A stretch of DNA of 64,000 bases from Neoechinorhynchus agilis. Its lineage: Eukaryota > Animalia > Acanthocephala. The stretch lies in NCBI GenBank assembly GCA_051530055.1, contig CM121343.1, positions 652,389 to 716,388 of the forward strand, written 5' to 3'. Shown piece by piece: positions 1-12,003 of the stretch. The position numbers and the translations under genes are program-made. Numbering within the stretch: position 1 is the stretch's first letter; each line of letters begins with the position of its first letter. Under the pieces are notes generated by a model. That model was given only the letters and a program-made list of their open reading frames with translations. It made no database searches and was not told the origin of the DNA.

Positions 1-2440
1 ATCTGAATTACAAGGGAAAATCTTATAAGAATCGCTTTTTTCGACGATTTTTAAGTATTCACGATTTTGTTATACAAAATTTTATTTAAACCCCGAAACT
101 TTTTTAATCATCAATATGAACTACAGGGGGAAATCTTATAAGAACCGCCTTTTTCGGCGAGTTTTAAGAATTCACGATTTTGTTATACAAAATTTTATTT
201 AAACCCCAAGACTTTCCTAATTATTAATCTGAATTACAATGGGAAATCTTATAAGAACCGCCTTTTTCGGCGAATTTTAAATATTCACGATTTTGTTATA
301 ATTTTTTTATTTAAACCCTGAGACTTTTCTAATCATTAATCTGACCAACAAGGGGAAATCTTATAAGAATCGTTTTTTTCGACGATTTTTAATTATTCGC
401 GATTTTCCTATACAAAATTTTATTTAAACCCCGAAACTTTTTTAATCATTAATCTGAACTACAATGGGAAATCTTATAAGAACCGCCTTTTTCGGCGAGT
501 TTTAAGAATTCACGATTTTGTTATACAAAATTTTATTTAAACCCCGAAACTTTTTTAATCATCAATCTGAATTACAAGGGAAAATCTTATAAGAATCGCT
601 TTTTTCGACGATTTTTAAGTATTCACGATTTTGTTATACAAAATTTTATTTAAACCCCGAAACTTTTTTAATCATCAATATGAACTACAGGGGGAAATCT
701 TATAAGAACCGCCTTTTTCGGCGAGTTTTAAGAATTCACGATTTTGTTATACAAAATTTTATTTAAACCCCAAGACTTTCCTAATTATTAATCTGAATTA
801 CAATGGGAAATCTTATAAGAACCGCCTTTTTCGGCGAATTTTAAATATTCACGATTTTGTTATAATTTTTTTATTTAAACCCTGAGACTTTTCTAATCAT
901 TAATCTGACCAACAAGGGGAAATCTTATAAGAATCGTTTTTTTCGACGATTTTTAATTATTCGCGATTTTCCTATACAAAATTTTATTTAAACCCCGAAA
1001 CTTTTTTAATCATTAATCTGAACTACAATGGGAAATCTTATAAGAAACGCCTTTTTCGGCGAGTTTTAAGAATTCACGATTTTGTTATACAAAATTTTAT
1101 TTAAACCCATAAACTTTTTTAATCATCAATCTGAATTACAAGGGGAAATCTTATAAGAATCGCTTTTTTCGGCGATTTTTAAGTATTCGCGATTTTGTTG
1201 TACAAAATTTTGTTTAAACTCCGAAACTTTTTTAATCATCAATCTGAACTACAAGGGGAAATCTTATAAGAACCGCCTTTTTCGGCGAGTTTTAAGAATT
1301 CACGATTTTGTTATACAAAATTTTATTTAAACCCATAGACTTTTCTAATCATTAATCTGAATTACAAGGGGAAATCTTATAAGAATCGCTTTTTTGAAAA
1401 TTCTTAAGTATTCACGATTTTGTTGGGCAAAATTTTATTTAAACCCTGAGACTTTTCTAATAATTAATCTGAACTGCAAGGGGAAATCTTTCGGCGAGTT
1501 TTAAGTATTCACGATTTTGTTACGCAAAATATTATTTAAACCCTCAGACTTTTCCAATCATTAATTTGAATTACAAGGGGAAATCTTATATGAATCGCTT
1601 TTTTCGACGATTTTTAAGTATTCGCGATTTTGTTATACAAAATTTTATTTAAACCCCGAAACTTTTTTAATCATCAATCTGAATTACAAGGGGAAATCTT
1701 ATAAGAATCGCTTTTTTCGGCGAGTTTTAAGTATTCACGATTTTGTTATACAAAATTTTATTTAAACCCATAAACTTTTCTAATCATTAATCTGAATTAC
1801 AAGGGAAATCTTATAAGAATCGCTTTTTCGACGATTTTTAAGTATTCACGATTTTGTTGTACAAAATTTTATTTAAACCCCGAGACTTCTAATCATCAAT
1901 CTGAACTACAAGGGGAAATCTTCTAAGAAGCGCTTTTTCGACGATTTTTAAGTATTCACGATTTTGTTATACAAATTTTTTTTAACCCCGAAACTTTTTT
2001 AATCATCAATCTGAATTACAAGGGGAAATCTTATAGGAATCGGTTTTTTCGACGATTTTTAAGTATTCACGATTTTGTTATACAAAATTTTATTTAAACC
2101 CCGAAACTTTTTTAATCATTAATCTGAACTACAAGGGGAAATCTTATAAGAATCGCTTTTTTCGACGATTTTTAAGTATTCGCGATTTTGTTATGTAAAT
2201 TTTTTATTTAAACCCATATACTTTCCTAATCATTAATCTGAACTACAAGGGGAAATCTTCTAAGAAGCGCTTTTTCGACGATTTTTAAGTATTCACGATT
2301 TTGTTATACAAATTTTTTTTAACCCCGAAACTTTTCTAATCATTAATCTGAACTACAAGGGGAAATCTTATAAGAATCGCTTTTTTCGACGATTTTTAAG
2401 TATTCACGATTTTGTTATACAAAATTTTTTTTAAACCCTA
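1..2440. repeat. 113-bp tandem satellite, about 21-22 monomers, runs off the window start
   Basis: Monomer start atctgaa(t/c)tac or a close variant recurs at 1, 114, 227, 339, 452, 565; variants of monomers 1-5 recur in the same order from 565. Confidence 0.97.
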
Positions 2441-2883
2441 ATGTGCTTTGATAATAATCCAAAAATATAAACTTCCTGGGTGAAAAATAACCTCGCTTAC
2501 TATTTAAATCAACTTAAATTCCGGAAAACTATTTCGTATGATTTGAGCTGCATTCTCTTAAGTGCAATAGTCATGCCAGCGTGAGATCTAAAGCTGGTTT
2601 TTTTATTTAAAAAGTAGTTCTTAAATAAAAATTGGCACTTTTGAATAAATTTAGCTTACCTATCAAAATCATGTGATTAAAGTAAAAGGGCATCTTCACG
2701 TCTCTTATTAATCAGAAGTAGATAAATAAATGTGGTTTCTTGGGAACTGTGCCAATTGCCACGATTGGCGCGATTTAGAATGCTCGGGATAAATTAGATT
2801 TTCGACGCCATTTCGGAAAACCAAAATTAAACTCAAATTGTGTCTCGTCAATAAAAAGCAATTTCTAAGAGACCCTCTGATTA

Positions 2884-3721
2884 TCATATACTCGAATCGG
2901 TTGGAAATGGCCGACTGATGGTGGTTATCTTCATCACATTGTACATTGGCTTTCTGACGATGGCGTTCACTTTTTTTCTCTTCAATTTTACGGCGATAAT
3001 GAGCATGGAATTTTTGACCTTGAATAAATCCGATTCTGCACCTATGACCTTTATAATTCCCTCTGCAGGGCATTTCTGCATCTTTGGACGCCATTGAGCA
3101 TTCAAGTGGACGAACACGGACATGGACGCATCCGGAATCTGGATGAAAGAAGGGCAAAGTGACCTTGACGAGGAATTGTCGATCGTCTGTTTCGTTTAAA
3201 ATGACAGTAACGTCGAGCCAATACTCACTATTGGCCCGATCGCTCAATACAGATCTGACGATTGCCATGAGTAATCGTTCAAGTGAAGCATCAACATCAT
3301 TGAATGAAACGGATTTACAGACGACTCTACAGCAAATAGAGCCAGTTGGTTCATTTACAGCAGCAGTAGCAGCGGTGGCGGCCATACCCTTTCTCCTTGG
3401 ATTCCTCGTGGCCATACTTAGCTGTATTGTCTTCACGACCGTGCGATCGAATGCGTCCGATACTCGATTTCGCATCGATATCACTCCATCCGATACTACG
3501 TTGTACTCACCAAAGTAACCATCTCCTTCCAATCCGCGGGCACGGATATGGCGAAGGTAGTCATTAATCGACAGATCCACCTGAAATCGACGTTTCTCAG
3601 CTCTAACTTCTTTCGCCTTCTGCGACCGGGTAATCGCTGACGTCGACGATGCTACCATACCGTCCATCGATGAATTAACACGAACCGCGGCGGGTTCATC
3701 CTTTACGTCATCTACATCCAT
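2884..3721 (-). CDS. Hypothetical protein; probably 2 exons (putative 25-bp intron 3139-3163); unspliced ORF would end at 2708
   Basis: Long ATG-initiated ORF. Splicing aag|gtcactttgcccttctttcatccag|att joins FLVK to IPDASMSVFVHLNAQW...DSSI* in the overlapping 2884..3123 frame. No family recognised. Confidence 0.45.
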
Positions 3722-3848
3722 TTCTGAAATGAATCAGTGCACAATTTAGACTTTGTCCGTCAATCACCGCCACCACACACACGTACGCACGCTCGCGCCT
3801 GGACACATGCGCAAAGAATGATGTCATATGTGGCCCCGCACGCATATT

Positions 3849-3904
3849 TGACGTCATAATTGAGAACGAAAGAAATGCGGGAATTAGTGACGTCATCCCA
3901 CGTG
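3849..3904. promoter_or_regulatory. Two perfect CRE/ATF palindromes (TGACGTCA) and an E-box (CACGTG) upstream of the 3721 ATG
   Basis: TGACGTCA at 3849-3856 and 3888-3895, CACGTG at 3899-3904, in a CpG-rich patch 130-180 bp upstream of the minus-strand start codon. Function is inferred. Confidence 0.45.
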
Positions 3905-4649
3905 CACAAATTGAAATCGCGCTCATTCAGAATTCTTTCGGATCCACGTTCCGGAATTTTGTATCTTACACGAACCATTTTTAAACATCAAAAGTCCAAT
4001 GGAAACTGAAGAACATCTTTATCATCATTTTCTTCGAGGATTGAGCGTTCTTTTTTCTGTATCGCTCATTCTCCGGTGAAACTGATTGAGTATTGTTGCA
4101 ATTAGCCAGTTTGCTTTTAAAATGTAAAGTGACGGATCGAGGCATTCCTGAAAATGAGTACCCAGGACGTACCCTTTTTCTCATCATCTCGGCTTAAATC
4201 GACCAGCTCAACAATAGATGGATTTTTTACATTTTATCTATTGTCCCTTCGTCGGCTTTTTAGGTTTCCTTCTTTGTAAAAAGGAAAGCCAAGGAAAGGA
4301 TGTCCTAAATCTGAAGCGATGAAATGCCGTATTGCGTCGTAATACCCTAAAATTTTGATTAAATATGAAGAATTTCTGCCAAATCCTAAAATAGAAACAT
4401 ACAATCTTTAAATAATACCTAAAACCGGGGATACCTTTGTCATAGGAAATATTGTTGCCTAAAGTTGAGACGAAAATGCAGTGCATAACTGCTCCAAGAA
4501 TGAATAATCTGAAATCAGAAGATTTAGAACTGGTAAATGGATTTTAGTGAACCAAATTTTGACTGTAAGCCAAACAAAAACGAGTTGAAATGATTTGAAA
4601 TGAGTGAAATTCGATATTGACCTTAACGAACTCCACCAAGGACGATCCA

Positions 4650-6950
4650 ATCCAGGCTGCGTCAGGAAGGGAACCGGCTATAAAATTCTAGCCAAATTAA
4701 CTAAGGTGTACTGTGTATACAACGTGCAAGCTCCTCGCCTGAAGTCTGTGTTAAATCAGCCAGGGCTACCGAGGCATAGACGGGCTCGGCTAAAGAATTT
4801 AGTCTACGAAAATACCGATATCAGAACTGCGACGCTAAAGGAGCAGGGAAATAGTTGATATGATGAGAAGGATCGGAGTGAAGGGTATGAAAGCCCGAAA
4901 ACTGGGAGATGGGTACAAAATAATTTAGAACGGAGAGTCAAGTGGCAGAAATTGTGTGGGAGTGGTCTTGGAGAAAGAACTAGTGAATTGTGTTTTGGAG
5001 GATCATTTCGATGAGATTAGATTTAGGAGGATATCACCATAATATCGGCCTATGTCCCGCAAATCAATTTTGGCAAAGCTTATCGGCTACTGTTGCGAAT
5101 TCGAAGAACAATCGTTATGCAGACGGTTACGAACGAGTGCATGGTGGCCAAAGCATTGGTGAACGAAACGCCGAAGGTGAAAAGTTTCAAGAGAATTGCG
5201 GCTGGCGAACAAGTTCTACCGAAAAGAAGATAGACACCTCGCCACCTATTCGAGCGGTGGAAAATGAACGTAAAAACGATCCTCGGCGAACATTGCGTAT
5301 CACAGCATCGGGTAATAGTAGCAGAATTGACAGTCCGAATAAGAAGGAGACGATATACTCAGAAAACGAACCCCAGAATAAAGTGGTTGCGTAAGAGATT
5401 TGGTGATTCGCTAGTTGGTAAGCGGGAAACGAAAGTGGAAGATCCAAATGCATGGTGAAACGAATCAGCCAAACTCATACTCTAAGAGGGTCGAAATATT
5501 TTTGGACAGACGTAGGGTCGCGACAAAAGATCTAAGGATATTCCAGTCATAAAAAGAATTAAGGACTCGTCCAGAATAACCTTAAGAAACGATATCCTTC
5601 AAAAATGACGAGAGTATTTGGACAAACTCCTAAATACGGAAAATCCTCACCAGCCTTATGATGAAGCGAGACAAAACGCGAATCTAATTCGACCGTTCAT
5701 CTACAAAGAGTTCGCAGTACAGCTTCGTCGCATGAAAACCGGTAAAAGTGCAAGATTGGACGACATTCCGATCGAAGGCTGGAAATCGTTGGGCGGATTC
5801 GGCATTCGAGTGCTTACCATCCAATTCAGGAGGATATCAGACATTGGCAAAATGCCGGAAGCTTGGCAAAAAAAGTACAGTGATTCAGATCTATAAACAG
5901 AAAGGCGAGGTTGAACAATGTAGCATCTACCGGGGTCATGGGAGAGACGAGCAACAGCTTGGCTTCATGCCAGGTCGAGGAAGCACTACGGATGAGATTT
6001 CCTTAATTAGACAATTGTACGAGAGGTTCGATGAAGAGCAGAAGCCGCTATACAGTACATTCGTCGACTTTGAAAAGGAATACGACACAGTGCCGAGAGA
6101 CCTGATATGGAACTGCCTTAGAAAGAAAAATTGCCCCGAACAGTATATGTAGGGCGGATCATACATAAGTGTCCGATGCGGTGTGGTCGGAACAAATTAT
6201 TTTGGGATCTCAGTGGGATTACATCAGGGATCTGTCCTCAGTCCGTTCCTATTCATTACGATCATGAACGTATTTGGATCCCAGCAAAACGATTCAATGC
6301 CTCCGTGGACTCTAAAGTACGATGATGACTTGATAGTCACAACGGAAAAACGCCAAGTGGCTATGCAAAGACTGGAAGGGTGGCGTGAGAGATTGGAAAG
6401 CAACGGACTCAAAGTAAACATGGGTCCGGAGGGTCTAGAATTAGATGGCACACAATTAAAATTGAAAGCGTCAGTTGAATATCGCGGTAGCAATGTCAGT
6501 ATGGCCAACTCTCTCAAACCTAAAATAACTCCTCGAATACAAAGCGGATGACACAACTGGATAAAAATGTCAACCGTATTGTGTATGTGATAAAAGGATC
6601 GGGTTAAAGCCAAAAGGATCGGGTGGACGACCAAGAAAGACGACCTCAGTCGATTAGAATCGAATGAAATGAGGATGTTGAGATGGGCAGCTGGCTTCTC
6701 ACTGAGGGATAGGAAAAGAAACGAGGATATTAGAAGGATGCTAGGGAACCGATGCACCGAATTGATAGCTCAAAGAAGATTGCGGTGGTTCAATAAGGTT
6801 ATGAATAGCGAGAGAAGGCATATAAGCATAGAGGATATTGAAAATGCGGCGCCGAGGGAGACCGACGAAGCGTTGGGTGGATTGTGTAAATCAAGATCGT
6901 AGTTAAATTGGACTCAACATTTTTCACCAACCCGCGAAGTGAAAAGAAGA
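4650..6950 (+). mobile_element. Degenerate RTE-clade non-LTR retrotransposon (APE + RT), many frameshifts and deletions
   Basis: RTE-type 5' motif tgcgtcaggaaggg at about 4658; GLPRHRRARLKNLV N-terminus; RT motifs QLGFMPGRGSTTD, FVDFEKEYDTVPR, GLHQGSVLSPFLF, YDDDL; MRMLRWAAG C-terminal block; caccaacccgcg near the 3' end. Confidence 0.9.
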
Positions 6951-7265
6951 TCTTAACGGTAGGTGAATGGATCGCTCGTTGGTCAGGGCATTTTGCTTTG
7001 CAAATCCCGTCTCAGGAAAGCAAGGGAATTACGAAATGACTGCTGGGTGTCGTGCCAATCCCCAATAAGAATCGATTTTATCGCAGTCAGAATTGGAGAT
7101 GCAATTTGTACTGTGAAGATCGCGTTAAGAAGGTCCCTTCCGCATTTACAAATAAAATTTCATCAATTTGTATCGAATGGTGATCGTCCCGGATAAAACG
7201 AATTTTATTAGATTGAAATATCTCGCAAGGAGACCTCTTCAGTCGTCTAAAAAGATTCTTGGTCA

Positions 7266-7700
7266 TTATAATAACACGTTTATTGTTAAAAAATGTACAA
7301 AGAATAGAACCCAAGGAACTTTTGGATCCTCATAAGCACTCGAGTTCAGAGTTGTTCAAAGGAAAGGCGTAATCGTTAGGGTGAGAATATCCGGTTGGGC
7401 TGGAAGGTATCGTATGGTGGGGGTTGGCGGTTATTGTTTGCAGGACAGTTTGTAAGGTTAATCTTTCCTCAGAATCATTTCAAGTTATGACATTCGAGAA
7501 GATTGGGTAGCATGGAAAAGTAGCGAAGGTGTAGGGAAATGACTTGGGTACGAGAAGACATACGGTCTTTGAACCTCGGGAATGGCGATCCCGAGTACCC
7601 AAGCCGTAAAATACAAAACAACTAAACCCTTTTTTATGTCTTGGATTATTATCTTCGGGAGGCTCTTTTGGTAGTTTTGCCAACCCGGGGATTTAAATTC
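7266..7700 (-). mobile_element. 3' remnant of a LINE with stem-loop and (TTA)n tail; possibly I/Nimb-like
   Basis: Minus strand reads ctcgagtgcttatgaggatccaaaagttccttgggttc...aataaacgtgttattataat, matching copies at 9.6, 32.6 and 54.9 kb; upstream LRLGYS resembles the RLRIGH C-terminal motif (weak). Confidence 0.55.
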
Positions 7701-7777
7701 ACGAATTTATTTCCACGATATTTCACGTCGGATAATTCCAACATTTCTCCAAGGTTTGTCATTGTAAATTGTTATCA

Positions 7778-7985
7778 CCAATGACGCACAACCCAAGGGG
7801 ACGAAATATCTCATTGAAGGGAAGAGGAAACTCTCTCATGAGTTCCGCCTCCTCGGAAAGTATCTGAGAATCCGGAGGGATGTACAAACTCCTGATGATT
7901 CAATCACTTCTCTGATGTAAGAGATCGGTGTGGCTTCATGCCAGGGAAAACTCAAAAGCCGAGGAAGGGATGTCCTAAATCTGAA
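7778..7985 (+). repeat. Decayed copy of the hammerhead-like repeat plus downstream MPGKTQKPRKGCPKSE mini-ORF
   Basis: ccaatgacgcac...ggggac-GAAA-tatctc...gaggaaac-tct-CTCATGA-gttcc-gcctcctc...aaagta-TC-tgag aligns with the 42305-42420 copy; core CTGATGA is mutated. Confidence 0.8.
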
Positions 7986-8642
7986 ATAATAGAACCGGCT
8001 TGTCAGTAAGAACGTTTAAGAATTATATTTTTAGCTTTAGAATGTGCTTTAGGCTTCGAATAGTCGCTATGTCAGAGCAATTCAACTCTGAATGCTGAAT
8101 GTGGATTAATTTGTGAAAGTCGACACACTGTGCATAAAATAAAAAATGAAAGTAGTGGATCGTTACTTGCGTAAAAACTTTAAGGTTTTCTCGTAAACAT
8201 CACCGCATTTCAGATTAGTCGTCTAAATGTACATTTGAATGATTATTACTTAATCCAAATAATATGTTTTCTCATCAATAAAATTTATTGAATATATGTT
8301 TTGTTGACAACATCGGATATTGAACAACCAATGATTTAAGCTTAAATACTTTTCTATTTTTTTGCATGCGCCCCCTTTTGGGAAAAGATTTTCCTTGTTC
8401 GCCTTCTACAACCAGCTTAGAACTGAAGAAAATTAGGTTAATTACTCGTTAAAAACTAATGAGTAAATGCATCGTCATAAATGTAAGCTGAATAAACTTT
8501 ATTTTAAGACCTGTCTCTCAACTGAGTTCTGTAGACTTAATGCATCCGTGGTGCTGTCATGTATGTATGCAAAATATGAGTAAGAAACACTTCTGGGTCG
8601 CGTTCAGTTAGAGTTCAACAAAGCGGTAACGAGAAGCCTGAA

Positions 8643-9342
8643 ATGGGAAAGAAGCAATCGAAGTAAGATTAATTATTCCCTTTCGTTTTTGTGCTAATGA
8701 ATTCGTAGGGTACCTCCTGGATTACCACCGCCTCCGCCTGGATACGAATGGACACAAAAACCTGGAAAAAATGACATAGTGATCCCATATGGTCCCCCGC
8801 CGTATGGCCTAGGTCCATATGGCGCGCCCATGCCGGGTATGCCCTATGCCCCACCAATGGGCGGCATGCCCTATGCCCCGCCAATGGGCGGCATGCCCTA
8901 TGCCCCACCAATGGGCGGCATGCCCTATGCCCCGCCAATCGGAGGCATGCCCTATGCCCCGCCAATGGGAGGCATGCCCTATGCCCCGCCAATGGGAGGC
9001 ATGCCCTATGCCCCGCCAATGGGAGGCATGCCCTATGCCCCGCCAATGGGAGGCATGCCCTATGCCCCGCCAATGGGAGGCATGCCCTATGCCCCGCCAA
9101 TGGGCGGCATGCCCTATGCCCCACCAATGGGTGGCACGCTATATACCCCACCAATGGGAAGCATGGCGTCACCTATGATGGGTATGCCCCATGTTTCACC
9201 AATGGCTTCAATGAATCCAATACCAATTACGCCATTAATGCCTTGTTCACCTGGGATGTTGACGGGAACTTCAATATCAAATTATATTCAACCGTTTTCG
9301 TCAATGCCATCCCCAATGCCTATTATGACTCCGTTAATTTAA
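8643..9342 (+). CDS. Pro/Gly/Met/Tyr-rich repeat protein, 217 aa, 2 exons (intron 8663-8708)
   Basis: ATG 8643, donor gtaaga at 8663, acceptor tag at 8708 give a continuous frame MGKKQSKVPPGLPPPPPGYEW... into the 8779..9342 ORF. Confidence 0.75.
8839..9135 (+). repeat. 27-bp coding minisatellite, 11 copies (MPYAPP[M/I]GG)
   Basis: atgccctatgcccc(a/g)ccaat(g/c)gg(c/a/t)ggc repeated 11 times in frame. Confidence 0.97.
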
Positions 9343-9587
9343 GCAACCGAATTCCATTGCATCTGAGAGAAGTGATACCCATAGATGATCTTGCCTCTCC
9401 AATGTTTTATTGTGTGTCTTTAGTGTATTAAAATATCGCTTAATGTGATTTATCCTCCACTCTTACGTATTTAAAACTTAAGCACTGCTCAACCGAACTT
9501 ATTTAAGCCATGAACGTTAAAATTTATTGAATGGCGAACGATCTTTTAGAAAGCAATGATGAACGTTCATGAAGACCACTCCTGCAC

Positions 9588-9648
9588 ATTCGAGTGTTCA
9601 TGAGAGCCCAAAGGTACATGGGTCCTTAAATAAACGTGTTATTATTAT
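9588..9648 (+). mobile_element. LINE/SINE 3' tail copy (stem-loop, aataaa, (TTA)n)
   Basis: ttcgagtgttcatgagagcccaaaggtacatgggtccttaaataaacgtgttattattat matches the copies at 7.3, 32.6 and 54.9 kb. Confidence 0.65.
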
Positions 9649-9704
9649 GATTGGTCTGTAAGTTTTTTAAGGTAAGATAAATTTTGTAATATTCTTGTTC
9701 CTCG

Positions 9705-9890
9705 GTGGTTCAAGCTGGAGGTTCAGCGAGCTCGGCGGAAGGACGAAAAATGGCGAAATACCTCGATTTAACCTATGTGTTTGTGCCTTTTGGGGTTGAG
9801 ACCTACGGATCCGTTGGTAGCGATGCTCTTCAACTCCTGAGGGATCTGAAGCGACGCCTTCAGGTTACAACCGGCGATGCACGGTTCAAA
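9705..9890 (+). mobile_element. 3' fragment of CRE-like RLE non-LTR retrotransposon
   Basis: AGGSASSAEGRKMAKYLDLTYVFVPFGVETYGSVGSDALQLLRDLKRRLQVTTGDAR matches the C-terminal AE..K..KY / FxPFGVET / TGD motifs of this clade. Confidence 0.8.
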
Positions 9891-10071
9891 ATATCGCCTA
9901 AAATAGTTTTATTTTGTGAATATATGAAGTAACTTTGCCTAACGTTATTTTTTTCTCCAAATACTCATAAAGCGATTTTATCTCTTTATTTTGGGCCTTC
10001 TTTATGCCAGAACTTAGACACAACATACAAAGTCATTTTGAACATTAACACACTATCACAATTATACGACA

Positions 10072-12003
10072 TCAAAGACATTTCCCATGAATATCTTTAA
10101 GCTTATAAGCACCAAGTCTAAATCTGTTTGACCTGGTTAGTTTGACAAACTTGGCTCCATTTTGTTCGCTTGTCAAATATCTCCCATTGCGGCCGAGCTT
10201 AAATCTGTTGGTCATTAAGACAAATGACCTATTTCGATGTCTCAATAGACATTGACGGCACATGTGTAGATTTTCTTGTCTAACAGTAATCCAATTGGGC
10301 AGCGTCGTACTTCCTTTAATCTGTTTTAGGACGGACAAAATCATATCGTGGAAATGCCTTTTTCTAACGGTTATTCTTTTCAGTTTTACCACGCAAACTA
10401 CACAAACAAAAGTCCAAAAATGACTCAATCACGACAATAACGTACCAAATTTGGCTTTACAATATTGAGCTTGCGTAAATCCACTTGAAGATAAGCAAAT
10501 ACGTTCACACTGAGTGTGTTTTCTTCGGAAATGGCGTGTGATTGATGAATGATCGAGAGTTTGCGTTTTGGGACGGATACTATAAATGTGATGCGTTTTG
10601 TTAAAAGCGTAATCTAGGTAGGTTTAAAGTTAACGATAATGAAGAAAAAATTGGATTAGTACTTCTGCATGGCTGATGTTGACTCCGAGTTTGATAGAAT
10701 CCTTTAGCACATCGGTCGCACTTGAGTCCAACGACGCCGAATTTGCACATACATTGACCAGTCAAAGGATGGCAAATGTCGTTTTTCGCACCGATTTTAT
10801 GGCAACTGCAAGCTAGATGTTAAACTTTTTTACTAATGTGTTATTTAACCATATCTTACGTATACAAGGCGATTGATCCGTAATTTTCCGCCCATAGTCT
10901 CTTTTATATCCTCTTTGACAAGTATCGCAATGGTCACCATCAGTGTAATCCGAACAGTTTTGGCAGATTCCACCCGTCCGGTTTCCCGTGTTGATATATT
11001 TGCTCACATTAAATTCGCATCTTACAGCATGGTTATTACATTGGCATGCTAAAAGATTCTTTTTTTCTTCAAAACAAAAATGATAAACTGATACGAACGT
11101 CGACAACTAATTTTTGGTTCAGTAGTCGAAGCCAGTGACCACGGTGCGTCTTGATACATTGGATCACACCGTTCACAATCTCTACCGGCTGTATGATGTC
11201 CACACAAACAAATCATCTTTCCTTGCCTTAAACCATGGAGTAAAGTCAACATGTAACCTAAAGGAAAGAATAACAAACTTTGCTTACCTGTCTTCAGTGC
11301 AGATGGATGCATGTCCATTGCATTTACATCTTCCACCCAGCGATAGATCTGAAAGCGAAATGTAATCGTTTGTCGAATTGTTAGAAATATTGGCATATAC
11401 ATTGATCCGTAAATCAGTTGCTTCAAGTACTTTCTTCAGATCACTAATGAAAGAGACACTTATTCGACTAAACATTGGCCTTTTGATCCATTCAACACAT
11501 TTTTTCTGTGCAATGTCCACAAACATACAGTCCGCCGAATATATAAACGGAAGCGAGCGCCACTTGTGACCGAAATCCGAACTTATTTCAATTTGAATCA
11601 TGTTTAGTTGCGCCAAACGGTTCTCACACATTTGAATGCTCATATAAGAAAGTTCATAAAGCTTTTCAAGACTGAGATGGAAGTTAACAGCAGTCATATT
11701 CGTGTTAAGAAAATCCGATCTCCAACAAGTATTTTCATGGTGACTAAAATCCACCAGATATTTCGGAGGATGACTAAGTTGATCGATCGTTGAGTCACAT
11801 ATGTCACATCGAGTACTTGAACACATCTCGACTGGTCCATGAAGACCGCAAGTAGACGACGCTTTGATTGGTTTGTTAAGAGCGACGTTATGAAAACTTG
11901 GAATCATAAAAGATTGTTGTTCTTTTGATAGATTTGAACCATTTGTACCAATAAATATGATATAAACCCACAAAACGTATATTGACGCACAGTACTGATT
12001 CAT
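10072..12003 (-). CDS. NTN1: Netrin (UNC-6 family): signal peptide, laminin N-terminal domain, 3 laminin-EGF repeats, NTR/C345C module; about 6 exons
   Basis: LamNT (ASSTCG, TCWRSD, GGRCKCNGHAS); LE repeats CGHHTAGRDCERC, CQCNNHAVRC...GGICQNC, CSCHKIGAKNDICHPLTGQCMCKFGVVGLKCDRCAKGFYQ; basic C domain ending KDIHGKCL as in netrins; GT-AG introns of about 50 bp link the frames. Orthology to a specific vertebrate paralogue is not established. Confidence 0.92.

Noticed and set aside
3159-3518. 119-aa + strand ORF
   Set aside because: Antisense shadow of the longer minus-strand gene; no ATG start and no independent features.
8669-9178. Alternative-frame ORFs 8669..9172(-) and 8819..9178(+)
   Set aside because: Shadows of the stop-free 27-bp repeat; only the Pro-rich frame has a spliced start.
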